A stretch of DNA of 64,000 nt, taken from a virus (Duplodnaviria > Caudoviricetes). This document shows, piece after piece, positions 7,063 through 15,311 of this stretch. Within the stretch, counting starts at the first letter, position 1. Each line of letters starts with the position of its first letter. The translations under genes and the position numbers were made by a program. The stretch is from IMG/VR virus record IMGVR_UViG_3300038393_001263, positions 1 through 64,000 of that record. The stretch is one strand, 5' to 3'. The notes below the pieces were generated by a model. It did not search any database, had not been told where the DNA came from, and saw only the letters and a list, made by a program, of their open reading frames with translations.

Positions 7063-7260
7063 ATGGTAGTTTTCAAACTCTGGGTCGAAATGCTTCTCGA
7101 AGCCATTCTACTTCTCATGCTCGCCGCATTTGTCATGTCGGTCTTGCATTATGCGAGTTCTTGGGCTGGACCCAAGCCTTCACCCGAGGTCGACCGCATC
7201 GATCGCCTTGAAGCCAAGATCGACCGCATCCACAACGTCATCGTCGGACCACAACATTGA
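7063..7260 (+). CDS. Small membrane protein
   Basis: One TM segment followed by a short coiled coil. Confidence 0.5.
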   Translation: MVVFKLWVEMLLEAILLLMLAAFVMSVLHYASSWAGPKPSPEVDRIDRLEAKIDRIHNVIVGPQH

Positions 7261-7547
7261 TAACTGGCACTGAAATAGACAAGGCGTTGGAAACCGCCGA
7301 CCCGCGACTCGCCCTCGCCCTGTCGCTGATCTCGGGCCGGCGCAAGTGGAAATCGCTGACGGACGACGAGTGCGTGCTGCTCGGGCACGGACGAAGCTAC
7401 ATAAGCAGACGCAGGGGTCGCATGGAGAACACGGCCGATTGGGCGCGGCTGTGGTGCGGCAAGAACGACTTCCTCGCCCAAGCCGAGCGGATCGTGTTCG
7501 AGTACCTGACTAACAAGACGAGTGAAACCGGAGGCAATTCAGAATGA
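7257..7547 (+). CDS. Hypothetical protein (paralog of 7544..7924)
   Basis: RLALALSLISGRRKWKSLTDDECVLLG motif; TTGA overlap. Confidence 0.6.
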   Translation: MITGTEIDKALETADPRLALALSLISGRRKWKSLTDDECVLLGHGRSYISRRRGRMENTADWARLWCGKNDFLAQAERIVFEYLTNKTSETGGNSE

Positions 7548-7924
7548 GCGGTACTGAGAAGATCGATTTTTTCCCTGAATCATGGGATGTCAAATGGGAC
7601 GAAAGCCATCGACTGCGGACGGCGATCGGCCTTCTGAGCGGTCGGATCGAGTTTGCGAACATGGACGACTTCCAGTGCCGCCAACTCGGCTACCATGCGG
7701 AACGCCGAAACTACGACAGCAAGGATGTGACGGCCGACACCGTCGTTCGCCTCTCGAATCCCAGAGAGGCGCGTAAACGCGCTGAAAACATCGTCATAAG
7801 TGTAATCAGCGCCTTGATGCACTTCTGTAACGAGCACGAACAGCAGCAGAAGAAACTTCTCGAACGCATCGAGAAACTGGAAGCCGCGAACACCCTTGCC
7901 TTGGAGGTTGCTGAGAATGCCTGA
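7544..7924 (+). CDS. Hypothetical protein
   Basis: RLRTAIGLLSGRIEFANMDDFQCRQLG motif; GGAGG before the start. Confidence 0.65.
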   Translation: MSGTEKIDFFPESWDVKWDESHRLRTAIGLLSGRIEFANMDDFQCRQLGYHAERRNYDSKDVTADTVVRLSNPREARKRAENIVISVISALMHFCNEHEQQQKKLLERIEKLEAANTLALEVAENA

Positions 7925-8441
7925 CCTGAATCTCGTCCAGCTCATGGGCCGACTGACCGCCGATCCCGAATTGCGGCGCATCCCGAGCGGCGCCGCCGTG
8001 ACCGAACTCCGCATGGCGGTTAACAAGTCGTTCAAGACTCGCGACGGCGAGAAACGAGAGGAAGTGCTCTATGTCGACGTGACGCTTTGGGAGAAGACCG
8101 CCGAGATCGCCTGCCAGTATCTCCGCAAGGGGAGTCCGGTCTACGTCCAGGGTTCGCTCAAGATGGACGAGTGGGACGACAAGACGACAGGCGAGAAGCG
8201 GTCGAAGATCAAGGTGAACGGCGAGAGTTTCCAGTTCCTCGAAAGCAGGCCGCGCGACGAAGGCGGAAACGGCGGCGGCTACCAGAGCCAGCGACAGCCC
8301 GAACCGCAACGTCCGCAGGGTCGACCTTCCGCGCCGCCCGCCGGTCGTGGTGGATACAGCGGGCAAGGCGGTCGTGGGACCGCGCCGCCGGTCACGCAGA
8401 GGGAAGTGGACGAGTACGACGACTCGGACATTCCGTTCTAA
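7917..8441 (+). CDS. ssb: Single-stranded DNA-binding protein
   Basis: NLVQLMGRLTADPELR OB-fold start, Gly/Gln-rich linker, acidic tip DDSDIPF. Confidence 0.95.
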   Translation: MPDLNLVQLMGRLTADPELRRIPSGAAVTELRMAVNKSFKTRDGEKREEVLYVDVTLWEKTAEIACQYLRKGSPVYVQGSLKMDEWDDKTTGEKRSKIKVNGESFQFLESRPRDEGGNGGGYQSQRQPEPQRPQGRPSAPPAGRGGYSGQGGRGTAPPVTQREVDEYDDSDIPF

Positions 8442-8493
8442 AGTGTTTATATGAAATGACTTACGTCGGAACCGTTCTTGACGGAGAACCTTG

Positions 8494-8712
8494 ATGGCCG
8501 AAATGAATCCCGATCTTGAGAAGCGGTTCACGTACCACAGGCCCAAGCCGGATCAGAAAGAGAGGTACGAGACGATCCGCCAGCGGTTCAAGGATATGGC
8601 CTACTTCATCACCGAGAACACGCCTTCTTCGCGCGAACAGGCTTTGGCGATGACGAACCTTGAGCAGTGCTTGATGTGGGTCAACGCGTCGATCGCGAGG
8701 AATGAGGCATGA
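8494..8712 (+). CDS. Acb2/Tad1-like helical hairpin protein (putative nucleotide-signal sponge)
   Basis: RFTYHRP..QKERYETIR...PSSREQALAMTNLEQCLMWVNASIARN resembles the Tad1 SRENACALTHVEEALMW helix. Confidence 0.7.
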   Translation: MAEMNPDLEKRFTYHRPKPDQKERYETIRQRFKDMAYFITENTPSSREQALAMTNLEQCLMWVNASIARNEA

Positions 8713-8936
8713 CCCACTCGTTCACGCTGGTCATCGATGTGGATGATCTGACAGACGAGGTGGCGAACCGTCTGTGCGAGGCCGGTTGCGACGATGCGAC
8801 CGTGTCTCGTTCGGGCGGCGAGACCAAGTTAGCGTTTGATCGCGAGGAGATTTCATTCGCGGTCGCGATGTTGTCGGCGATCAGGAATGTGAATCAGGCG
8901 GGGTATAGAGTCGTACGGATCATCAACGAAGCTTAG
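8709..8936 (+). CDS. Conserved small hypothetical protein
   Basis: FTLVID..LTDEVANRLCEAGCDDAT...FDRE...AMLSAIRNV pattern, recalled from HTH/antitoxin-associated small domains. Confidence 0.6.
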   Translation: MTHSFTLVIDVDDLTDEVANRLCEAGCDDATVSRSGGETKLAFDREEISFAVAMLSAIRNVNQAGYRVVRIINEA

Positions 8937-8951
8937 ACCGGGGCATGATTG

Positions 8952-9236
8952 ATGTCTGAACCGAAGGAACTTTCCACCACCGACCTGATGATCCTGCGCG
9001 GATTGTTGCAGAAGACGGGATGGGGCGAGTTCATGAGACACATCGGCAGTCTGATGGCCGAGCAAGTTGACAAGTCCAATCGCGAGACCGGAGATAAGTT
9101 GTTCGAGTGCAGCCGCACGATTCACGCGTTGAATCCGTTCTTCGCGGAGTGTGGCCGGTTTCTGTACACGAACCACGGCGAACTGCTTTCAGACGAAGAC
9201 ATGGCGACGATCCGTAAGTACGCAGGAGTCGAGTGA
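8952..9236 (+). CDS. Hypothetical protein
   Basis: ORF fits operon packing. Confidence 0.55.
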   Translation: MSEPKELSTTDLMILRGLLQKTGWGEFMRHIGSLMAEQVDKSNRETGDKLFECSRTIHALNPFFAECGRFLYTNHGELLSDEDMATIRKYAGVE

Positions 9237-9722
9237 ATGCCCAGGTTGATCCGCGTCATATCGGGTGCTCAAACTGGATCCGATCAGGCAGCCCTCCGCG
9301 CGGCCAAGAGTCTCAATATAGAGACAGGCGGCTGGCTGCCCAAGGGCTGGCTCACGGAGGACGGCCCGCGTCCCGAGTACGCCGAGTTGTACGGCTGCCA
9401 AGAACACTCGTCGCCCGCGTATCCGCCGCGAACCCACAAGAACGCCGCCAGCGCGGATATGACGTTGTGGTTGGGACGCACTGGATCGCCGGGGTACTGG
9501 TGTACCAAAAAAGGCTGCGACCTGGCGAAGACGCCGTTCCGCGAATACACCGAGCCGTTCCCGACGCACATGATGTTCTACGTCGTGGATCAGATCGCGT
9601 CGCGGTTCTACGGGCGGGACTACAGCCTTAACATCGCCGGGCCTCGCGAATCGACGCAGCCTGGAATCGGCGAGCGAGCGGAAGCGTTCCTGGTCGAGTT
9701 GTTCAAGGAACTGGCGAAGTGA
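9237..9722 (+). CDS. SLOG-superfamily protein (putative molybdenum-carrier/YpsA-like)
   Basis: VISGAQTGSDQAAL, GGWLPKGWLTEDG, RTHKNAASADMT and LNIAGPRES motifs. Confidence 0.8.
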   Translation: MPRLIRVISGAQTGSDQAALRAAKSLNIETGGWLPKGWLTEDGPRPEYAELYGCQEHSSPAYPPRTHKNAASADMTLWLGRTGSPGYWCTKKGCDLAKTPFREYTEPFPTHMMFYVVDQIASRFYGRDYSLNIAGPRESTQPGIGERAEAFLVELFKELAK

Positions 9723-10075
9723 AGCTATTCAATAGGCGTCCCCTGCTCTCCGAACTTCGCAAACTCGCGGACCTTGAGGCCAACTGGGATGGCTATCAGG
9801 CCGACCCGATCGACCCCGACATCCTCAAGGCGGCCGAGCGGATCGCCGAGACGATGCCGCTGTTCGCCGGGTTGCCGTCGGTGGTGCCGATGACGCGCGG
9901 GCGTCTTCAGTTCGAGTGGCACAAGGGGAGTCGATCACTGGAGATCGAGGTCGAAGACCCGGAAACTATCCACTGGTTGAAGTTCGACACCGAAGGAATC
10001 GAAGAGGAGGCTACGGCGTCCTCGTATGACACGCAGGCTATTTACGACCTGCTCAACTGGTTCATCTCTTCCTGA
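9719..10075 (+). CDS. Hypothetical protein
   Basis: NWDGYQADPI and GRLQFEW motifs; GTGA overlap. Confidence 0.65.
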   Translation: MKLFNRRPLLSELRKLADLEANWDGYQADPIDPDILKAAERIAETMPLFAGLPSVVPMTRGRLQFEWHKGSRSLEIEVEDPETIHWLKFDTEGIEEEATASSYDTQAIYDLLNWFISS

Positions 10076-10087
10076 AAGGTAGTTCTC

Positions 10088-10324
10088 ATGCTTGTCAAGC
10101 TCGGCAGTCATTGGATCGATCCATCCAACGTCCGGTATATCAAGTGTTACGAAGCGAACAGTGATTGGGACGTCAAGCAGGGGACGAATGGCCCGCGAGT
10201 TGTCGTCGCCATGAAGGACGCCAACGAGAACATCGTCATGCTCGGTGCCCAAGAACTCGCCGACGTGTATGCCGAGAGAGTCAACCTGGAGTTGAGACGC
10301 AGGGAGAGCCTGGACCCAAGTTGA
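10088..10324 (+). CDS. Hypothetical protein
   Basis: AAAGG upstream; HWIDPSNVRYI beta-rich start. Confidence 0.55.
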   Translation: MLVKLGSHWIDPSNVRYIKCYEANSDWDVKQGTNGPRVVVAMKDANENIVMLGAQELADVYAERVNLELRRRESLDPS

Positions 10325-10384
10325 CTCGCAGCGATCTGTTTTTCTCTCGAATTACCATCCCAACGTTTTCTGAAAGGATAGAGC

Positions 10385-11020
10385 ATGAGTTGCCCTAATT
10401 GCGGATGCCAGGAACTCAACGCCTACGTTTTGCTCGACCGCAGCGGGTCGATGGCGAGCCGTTGGTCTGAGGCTCTGGGGTCTATCAACGCCTACGTCAA
10501 GGAACTAGCCAAGGGATCGGCGAAGGTGACGCTGGCGACGTTCGACACCGTCGACACCCTGAAGTTCGACGTGCTTCGCGACGCGGTTCCGGCCGGCGAC
10601 TGGAAGGACGTGACCGATCAGGACGCGGTGCCGCGCGGCGGAACTCCCCTGTTCGACGCCCTGATTCGCGCCGTCTCGCTCGCCGAGTCTGCGAACTCGG
10701 GCAAGACGGTTCTCGTCGTCATGACGGACGGTGCCGAGAACACCAGTCGCGAGGCGACCAAGGCTACGGCGAAGGCGGCGATCGACCGCTGCAAGTCGAA
10801 GGGCTGGGAGGTCATCTTCCTTGGTGCCGACTTCAACGCGTTCGGCGAGGCGTCGTCGGTCGGCGTCGGATTCTCGAAGGTGATGTCCATGAGCGCCGGC
10901 AATTACGTCCAGACGATGTCGGATCTCGGTGCCAAGTCGAGAGCCTACGTCGAGGCGAACGCCGCGATCGACTTCACGGACGAAGACCGTCTTGTAGCGA
11001 CGGGCGGCGGGTCGAAGTAG
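10385..11020 (+). CDS. von Willebrand factor A (vWA) domain protein
   Basis: MIDAS motif LLDRSGSM, plus TPLFDA and MTDGAEN. Confidence 0.88.
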   Translation: MSCPNCGCQELNAYVLLDRSGSMASRWSEALGSINAYVKELAKGSAKVTLATFDTVDTLKFDVLRDAVPAGDWKDVTDQDAVPRGGTPLFDALIRAVSLAESANSGKTVLVVMTDGAENTSREATKATAKAAIDRCKSKGWEVIFLGADFNAFGEASSVGVGFSKVMSMSAGNYVQTMSDLGAKSRAYVEANAAIDFTDEDRLVATGGGSK

Positions 11021-11054
11021 GAAGTCCAGTGACCGCGAAATCTTGATCCATGAC

Positions 11055-11090
11055 CCTCGCCGCGATGGACCGCCGCGAGGTTTTCTTTTG
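11055..11090 (+). terminator. Putative intrinsic terminator closing the early operon
   Basis: Stem cctcgc...gcgagg (11055-11080) followed by TTTTCTTTT. Confidence 0.55.
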
Positions 11091-11249
11091 GATAGTCATT
11101 TCAGTCTTAACTGAAACTACAGACAGTTCAGAAATTTCTAAAATCAGTGATAAGTGGCATTGATGAAACGACTTGCGAAATCGAAAATGTAAACAAGCTT
11201 GTTCGGAAAGCGAATTCGACCCCTTAGAGGTATAGGGAGGTCGCGGAAT

Positions 11250-11762
11250 TTGGCTAGTTGGATTCGCAAGAACAAGGGTGCAGTCAGTCGCTTCCACGAG
11301 GAAGACGACGAGGACTCGCGCAACGTTCATGCGGGCCACGACCCCGACGACGGCGAACAGATCGACCGCCCCGACGGCATCGAGCCGCTTGAGGCTGACG
11401 CCTTCCTTCGCCTGCGGGCGCACCTCTGGTCCGACCTGCATTCGATCGGCTGCTCGTACCGTCGCATCGCCAAACTGTTCGGCGTCTACAAGGAACTGGT
11501 TGAACAGGCGATCAAGGACGTCCCCGACTTCATTCGGGTGGATCGCCGTCCCGCCGAGCGATACTTCGACCGCCTTCGCGCGGTGATGGCTCAGGAGCCG
11601 AAGAACATCGCCGAGTTCGCCGAGTTGATGCAACGCCAAGCCGGCACGCTCGGCCTCGAAGGCGGCATCCTCGGCGGCATGGGTATCCGCAGGAACTCGG
11701 TCGAAACGATCATCGGCTCCCCGCGCAAGTCGCAGGCCAGGAAGTTCAAGGCGAGCGAATGA
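11250..11762 (+). CDS. HTH-containing putative transcription regulator
   Basis: GGGAGG before TTG 11250; GCSYRRIAKLFGV resembles an HTH; lies just upstream of the late genes. Confidence 0.5.
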   Translation: MASWIRKNKGAVSRFHEEDDEDSRNVHAGHDPDDGEQIDRPDGIEPLEADAFLRLRAHLWSDLHSIGCSYRRIAKLFGVYKELVEQAIKDVPDFIRVDRRPAERYFDRLRAVMAQEPKNIAEFAELMQRQAGTLGLEGGILGGMGIRRNSVETIIGSPRKSQARKFKASE

Positions 11763-12151
11763 AATACAAGAATCCGTTCGCGAACTTCGAGCCGCCCGCG
11801 CCGCCCGTTCCGGGGCCGCAACTCACGCCCATGTTCGGCTCGTCCGGCAAGGCGTTGAAGTTGTTGAAGTGCACCGACATTCACCCGTGCCGGTGCTTCC
11901 GGGCGAACGGCGTCGCGGATCGCAAGTGCGAACTCTGCGGTGGAACCGGGGTCGCGGAGATCCCCAAGGGATCTCGCCTCTACTGCCCGGTCGACGGCTG
12001 CGACAAGTCGGGCATGGACCACCTGCCGATCATGCAGCGCGATCCCGCGACCGACCCCAAGCCAGAGCCCAAGAATCCCGCCCCGGACGCCTCGTCCGAA
12101 CCGAACAAGCCGAACCGCAAGGCCAAGCGGAAGGCTCTCCAGCCCGCCTAG
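11759..12151 (+). CDS. Cys-rich hypothetical protein
   Basis: CELCGGTG (DnaJ-like zinc motif) and CPVDGC. Confidence 0.55.
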   Translation: MKYKNPFANFEPPAPPVPGPQLTPMFGSSGKALKLLKCTDIHPCRCFRANGVADRKCELCGGTGVAEIPKGSRLYCPVDGCDKSGMDHLPIMQRDPATDPKPEPKNPAPDASSEPNKPNRKAKRKALQPA

Positions 12152-12286
12152 TCCAGAGCCGGCGCAGCCGGCGTTCGTTACGCCGCGCTTTTAGATCTCG
12201 CGCGCCTTTATACAGCGGGGATATGTTGTCGGCCGACCGAGCGTCGGCTGCGCCGGCTCCACGTCAACACCAAGAAGGTGAACGTC

Positions 12287-12496
12287 ATGGCAGTTTTTGA
12301 AGACCGCATCGCTGAAATCAAGGCCGAGTTCGGCAACTACAAGAACCGCGTCGCCGCCTCGATCGCGGACAAAGAGTCGCAGATCGCCGAGGCCGAAAAA
12401 AAGTTGCAGGATGCTGCGGCCTCTGCCGTGCCGTTGGACGCGTTCGTCGCCTTCTGCGACGAATTGCTCGCGGACATCAAGGGGGCCTCGTCATGA
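12287..12496 (+). CDS. Small coiled-coil protein
   Basis: AAGAAGG upstream; heptad pattern. Confidence 0.55.
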   Translation: MAVFEDRIAEIKAEFGNYKNRVAASIADKESQIAEAEKKLQDAAASAVPLDAFVAFCDELLADIKGASS

Positions 12497-13065
12497 GCGA
12501 TCCCGCTCCGACGCCTGCGCCCGTCCAGGTCAGGACGTTCAGTTGGTACGACGAACTGAAGTCGGTCGTCATGGGGTTCGCGCTGGGCGTCGCCCTTTCG
12601 GGCCATGTGACGCCGGCCCCGACGCCCATTCCCGTTCCGCCGCCCGTCCCGTCTCCGACTCCGATCCCCGCGCCGATCCCGCCGCCCGTCCCCGAATGGG
12701 GGCCTCTGGCGAAGATCATCATCATGTATGAGTCGAGCAAGTTGACCGGCTATGAGGTCTTCTACACTCAGACCGTCCGCGACGCCCTGAACCAGATCGC
12801 GCCGCCCGACTCGACGCAGACGCCCTCGTGGCGGATCTGGGACCAGAACGTGGACGCCAGCCGCGAGCCGACGTGGGCCGACGCAGTCACCAAGGCCAAG
12901 GCGGATTTCGCCGCCCTGTCCTTCAATATCGTCAGCGTGTTCAGCGCCTCATCCGACCCGATCCTCTACGCGTTCGACGCGTCCGGCAAGATGAAGTCGA
13001 TCCCGCTGAAGGGCCTGTCCGACGCGGACGCCGTCGCGAAGATCAAGGCCCTTGGGGGGAAGTGA
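12493..13065 (+). CDS. Membrane-anchored protein with Pro-rich linker
   Basis: Hydrophobic VVMGFALGVAL segment, poly-(PT/PV) linker, then a globular domain; coupled to the peptidase gene. Confidence 0.65.
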   Translation: MSDPAPTPAPVQVRTFSWYDELKSVVMGFALGVALSGHVTPAPTPIPVPPPVPSPTPIPAPIPPPVPEWGPLAKIIIMYESSKLTGYEVFYTQTVRDALNQIAPPDSTQTPSWRIWDQNVDASREPTWADAVTKAKADFAALSFNIVSVFSASSDPILYAFDASGKMKSIPLKGLSDADAVAKIKALGGK

Positions 13066-13066
13066 C

Positions 13067-13849
13067 GTGTCGAAGCTTTTCGTCATCGACGACTCGACCC
13101 CCATCGACAAGATCGCCCACCCCGAGTTCGGATGGAACTCCGGTCGCGGTCTCGACCTGTCTGCAAGGGGCGCCGAAGGCTACGCGGGTGTCGCCGATCC
13201 GTTCCCCGCCGATCTCGTGATTCCCCGATCCGAGTGGCAGGCGCGGATCCAGGAACGACAGGAACGCAAGGCGACGCTCAAGGGCAACCTTCGGGCGGCC
13301 GGGATCAAGGTTAAGAACCAGCAGCAGACCCCGTATTGCTGGGTCAACGCCCCGACCTTCGCCACCGAGGCCGTTCGGTTCCTCCAGGGACAGAAGTATG
13401 TCGTGCTCTCGCCCGCCAGCGCTGGGGCGCAGATCAAGAACTTCCGCGCCGTCGGGGGATGGGGCAAGGAAGCCCTCGAATGGATCGTGGCCAAGGGGCT
13501 CGTCCCCGTCGACAAGTGGCCCGCCAACGCGATCGACCGCCAGTACGCGACGGCCGAGAACAAGCAGATCGCGCTCAACTACCGGGTCGACGAGTGGTGG
13601 GAGCTTGAGCCCGGCAACATCGACCATCTCGTCTCGGTCCTGCTGCGCGGCCTGCCTGTGCCCATCGGCCTGAACTGGTGGGGCCACGAGGTCACGGCCG
13701 TCGACCCGCTCTGGGTCGATGGCGACATCGCCATTCAGTTCGCCAATAGTTGGGGCGAGGCTTGGGGCGACAACGGGTACGGCGTGCTGCAAGGCCGTCG
13801 AATGTACCCGGACGACGCCGTGGCTCCTCGAACCGCGATCGCCGCCTAA
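13067..13849 (+). CDS. Papain-like cysteine peptidase (C1 family)
   Basis: Q..CW (NQQQTPYCW), catalytic His in WWGHEVTAV, and ANSWGEAWGDNGYG. Confidence 0.88.
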   Translation: MSKLFVIDDSTPIDKIAHPEFGWNSGRGLDLSARGAEGYAGVADPFPADLVIPRSEWQARIQERQERKATLKGNLRAAGIKVKNQQQTPYCWVNAPTFATEAVRFLQGQKYVVLSPASAGAQIKNFRAVGGWGKEALEWIVAKGLVPVDKWPANAIDRQYATAENKQIALNYRVDEWWELEPGNIDHLVSVLLRGLPVPIGLNWWGHEVTAVDPLWVDGDIAIQFANSWGEAWGDNGYGVLQGRRMYPDDAVAPRTAIAA

Positions 13850-13862
13850 CCCCACGGTGCGT

Positions 13863-14150
13863 ATGGCGCTCAACGTCAACGTCAACGTTTACCACTCCCT
13901 CTCGCCAGCACTGGAAGCCATCGTCATGGGAAAGATCGACGACCTGAACGCGAAGTTGGACGCTCTTGACGCCGCGCTGGATCAAGAGAAGTCCGAGGCC
14001 GGCGGGCTGACGGCCGAGATCGCCGACCTGAAGGCGAAGCTCGCCAGCGGCCTGAGCGCCGACGAGGCGGCTGCGGTCGAAGCCAAGATCGACGCGCTGC
14101 TCGCCAAGGTTCCCGGCACCGTCACCCCCGACGCGCCGCCCGCCGCCTGA
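13863..14150 (+). CDS. Coiled-coil hypothetical protein
   Basis: Ala/Leu/Asp-rich heptads. Confidence 0.55.
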   Translation: MALNVNVNVYHSLSPALEAIVMGKIDDLNAKLDALDAALDQEKSEAGGLTAEIADLKAKLASGLSADEAAAVEAKIDALLAKVPGTVTPDAPPAA

Positions 14151-14262
14151 TCTTACATCCCCGCCGATTTCGATCGTCGGGCAGCGCCGGGTTCGTCGGG
14201 ATCGCCGATGAGCCCGGCAGCTTTCATTTCCAGTTCATCCATGCCCGACAGGAGAGTCCGCA

Positions 14263-14472
14263 ATGTGGATCAAGGTCGCTCAGTTCGCCCTGCAAATCGC
14301 CATCATGGCCGTCGGCAAGGTGTCGCCCGCGCAGTGGGCTCAACTTGGGGTCGTCATCCAGTCCTGGCTCCAGACGATCATCGAGAAACTGCCGGTCGGC
14401 CATCCCCTGATCACGATGACGAGTTCCTTCCGCGCCCCGCTCTCGAAACTCCAGCCGCCCGACAAGGGTTGA
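14263..14472 (+). CDS. Small membrane protein (holin-like candidate)
   Basis: AGGAG upstream; hydrophobic N-terminal half. Confidence 0.5.
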   Translation: MWIKVAQFALQIAIMAVGKVSPAQWAQLGVVIQSWLQTIIEKLPVGHPLITMTSSFRAPLSKLQPPDKG

Positions 14473-14473
14473 C

Positions 14474-14656
14474 GTGGACGTCCTCGTGCTGCTCGCCCTG
14501 ATGGTCCTGATAGCCGTGTACGTGCCGGCGATCGACATGATGGGCGAGCCGTGTTTCAACGCCGATGTGTTCTGGATGGCGGTCCTGATCGGTCTCCTCG
14601 CTGCAATCACCTGCTACGTGATTCGCGCGGTATGGCGTCGGTCGACGGGGAGATGA
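14474..14656 (+). CDS. Two-TM protein (holin-like candidate)
   Basis: Two hydrophobic helices and a basic C-terminus (RAVWRRSTGR). Confidence 0.5.
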   Translation: MDVLVLLALMVLIAVYVPAIDMMGEPCFNADVFWMAVLIGLLAAITCYVIRAVWRRSTGR

Positions 14657-14659
14657 ATC

Positions 14660-15070
14660 ATGGAGTCGATTTCGAGCGGCAAGGCTTTCCTGGCCAGCCT
14701 CGTCACCGGCATTCCGACGGGCGTGTTCGCCGCGATCAATGGAGAGTCCGTGTCCGTCGCGATCGGAGCGGGAACCGCCGTCATCATGTTCCTGTTCTCG
14801 ATCCGCAACACGGCGAACGACCAGTACATCAAGGGCCTGAACACGCAGATTCAGGAAGCCTCCGAGGCCCGGCGCAAGGAGAGCGAGGCGCATATCGCCG
14901 AGTTGGCCGCGCTCCGCATGGAAATCTCGGACTTCAAGGTCCAGGTCCACTCAATGCAGACCAACGGCGACCAGGCGAAGAAGACGCTGGCGGCCCACTC
15001 CTGCCCGCAAGCCGCCGACCCCGCCGCCAAGTGCCGACTGCCCGAAACCCTCGCCTCGATCCTGTCGTGA
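14660..15070 (+). CDS. TM plus coiled-coil protein (holin/spanin-like candidate)
   Basis: Two hydrophobic segments, then a coiled coil and two Cys. Confidence 0.55.
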   Translation: MESISSGKAFLASLVTGIPTGVFAAINGESVSVAIGAGTAVIMFLFSIRNTANDQYIKGLNTQIQEASEARRKESEAHIAELAALRMEISDFKVQVHSMQTNGDQAKKTLAAHSCPQAADPAAKCRLPETLASILS

Positions 15071-15082
15071 TGGGGTGACGCG

Positions 15083-15307
15083 ATGAACGAAGTCGAACGA
15101 CAATGGCTGACGCTCGCCCTGATGGTGTCCATCGCCGCGTTCATTATCGCGTCCGACGTCTGGCTGACCAAGTTCTACGGCGTCAACTCGACGTACAGCC
15201 GCGTAGCCGCCGGCCTGTTCGATCGATATCCGGTGGCCCTCGTTGTCGTCGTGTTCGCCATCGGCGTGCTGATAGGCTACACGCTGCTCCCGACGCAATC
15301 GCGATAG
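15083..15307 (+). CDS. Two-TM protein (holin-like candidate)
   Basis: Two clear TM helices. Confidence 0.55.
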   Translation: MNEVERQWLTLALMVSIAAFIIASDVWLTKFYGVNSTYSRVAAGLFDRYPVALVVVVFAIGVLIGYTLLPTQSR

Positions 15308-15311
15308 CCCT

